In this document: positions 63,931 through 64,000 of the stretch, one piece after another
Numbering within the stretch: position 1 is the stretch's first letter
Layout of the letters: each line of letters begins with the position of its first letter
DNA from: Lepidodermella squamata
Taxonomy: Eukaryota > Animalia > Gastrotricha
Assembly (NCBI GenBank): GCA_047495785.1
Contig: JBLDXI010000003.1
Coordinates: 1,426,001-1,490,000 of the forward strand
Direction of reading: 5' to 3'
Length of the DNA: 64,000 nt
The notes under the pieces: generated by a model
Databases searched by the model: none
Seen by the model: the letters and a program-made list of their open reading frames with translations, nothing else
Told to the model about the DNA's origin: nothing
Program-made: the position numbers and the translations under genes

Positions 63931-64000
63931 GTTCGTTACTGGTATCTTCCACCTATTGCTTTTCAAACGTTCTGTTATTTTGAACGCATAAAACCAGAAT

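Overview
Eukaryotic (compact invertebrate-like) DNA with many introns of about 50-70 bp. The dominant feature is almost invisible to the ORF track: a tandem array on the + strand of a novel-looking family of secreted, cysteine-rich modular proteins. There are four full-length models (A 8497-11972, B 23826-27590, D 47383-53628, E 55498-60311), two headless exon cassettes (C 31433-41971, F 63092 onward) and small remnants (7298-7506, 60880-61000). Each full gene has 17-19 short exons (45-144 nt). Every intron I could place is phase 0, and the protein is built from a repeated two-exon Cys module whose copy number differs between paralogs (1, 1, at least 5, 2, 2). Two GABA-B-like class C GPCR paralogs lie just upstream of family members; the second carries a frameshifting 49-bp insertion. 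Two intronless secreted-protein genes (double CBM1 plus expansin-like; PQQ-like beta-propeller) interrupt the array and look horizontally acquired. The rest is transposon-rich: two MULE transposases, an RT-deleted Penelope-like element with two minimal hammerhead ribozymes, an RTE LINE, a Crypton recombinase relic, a foldback element and many MITEs. All gene models were built by eye from splice sites and paralog similarity; no transcript evidence or database search was available.
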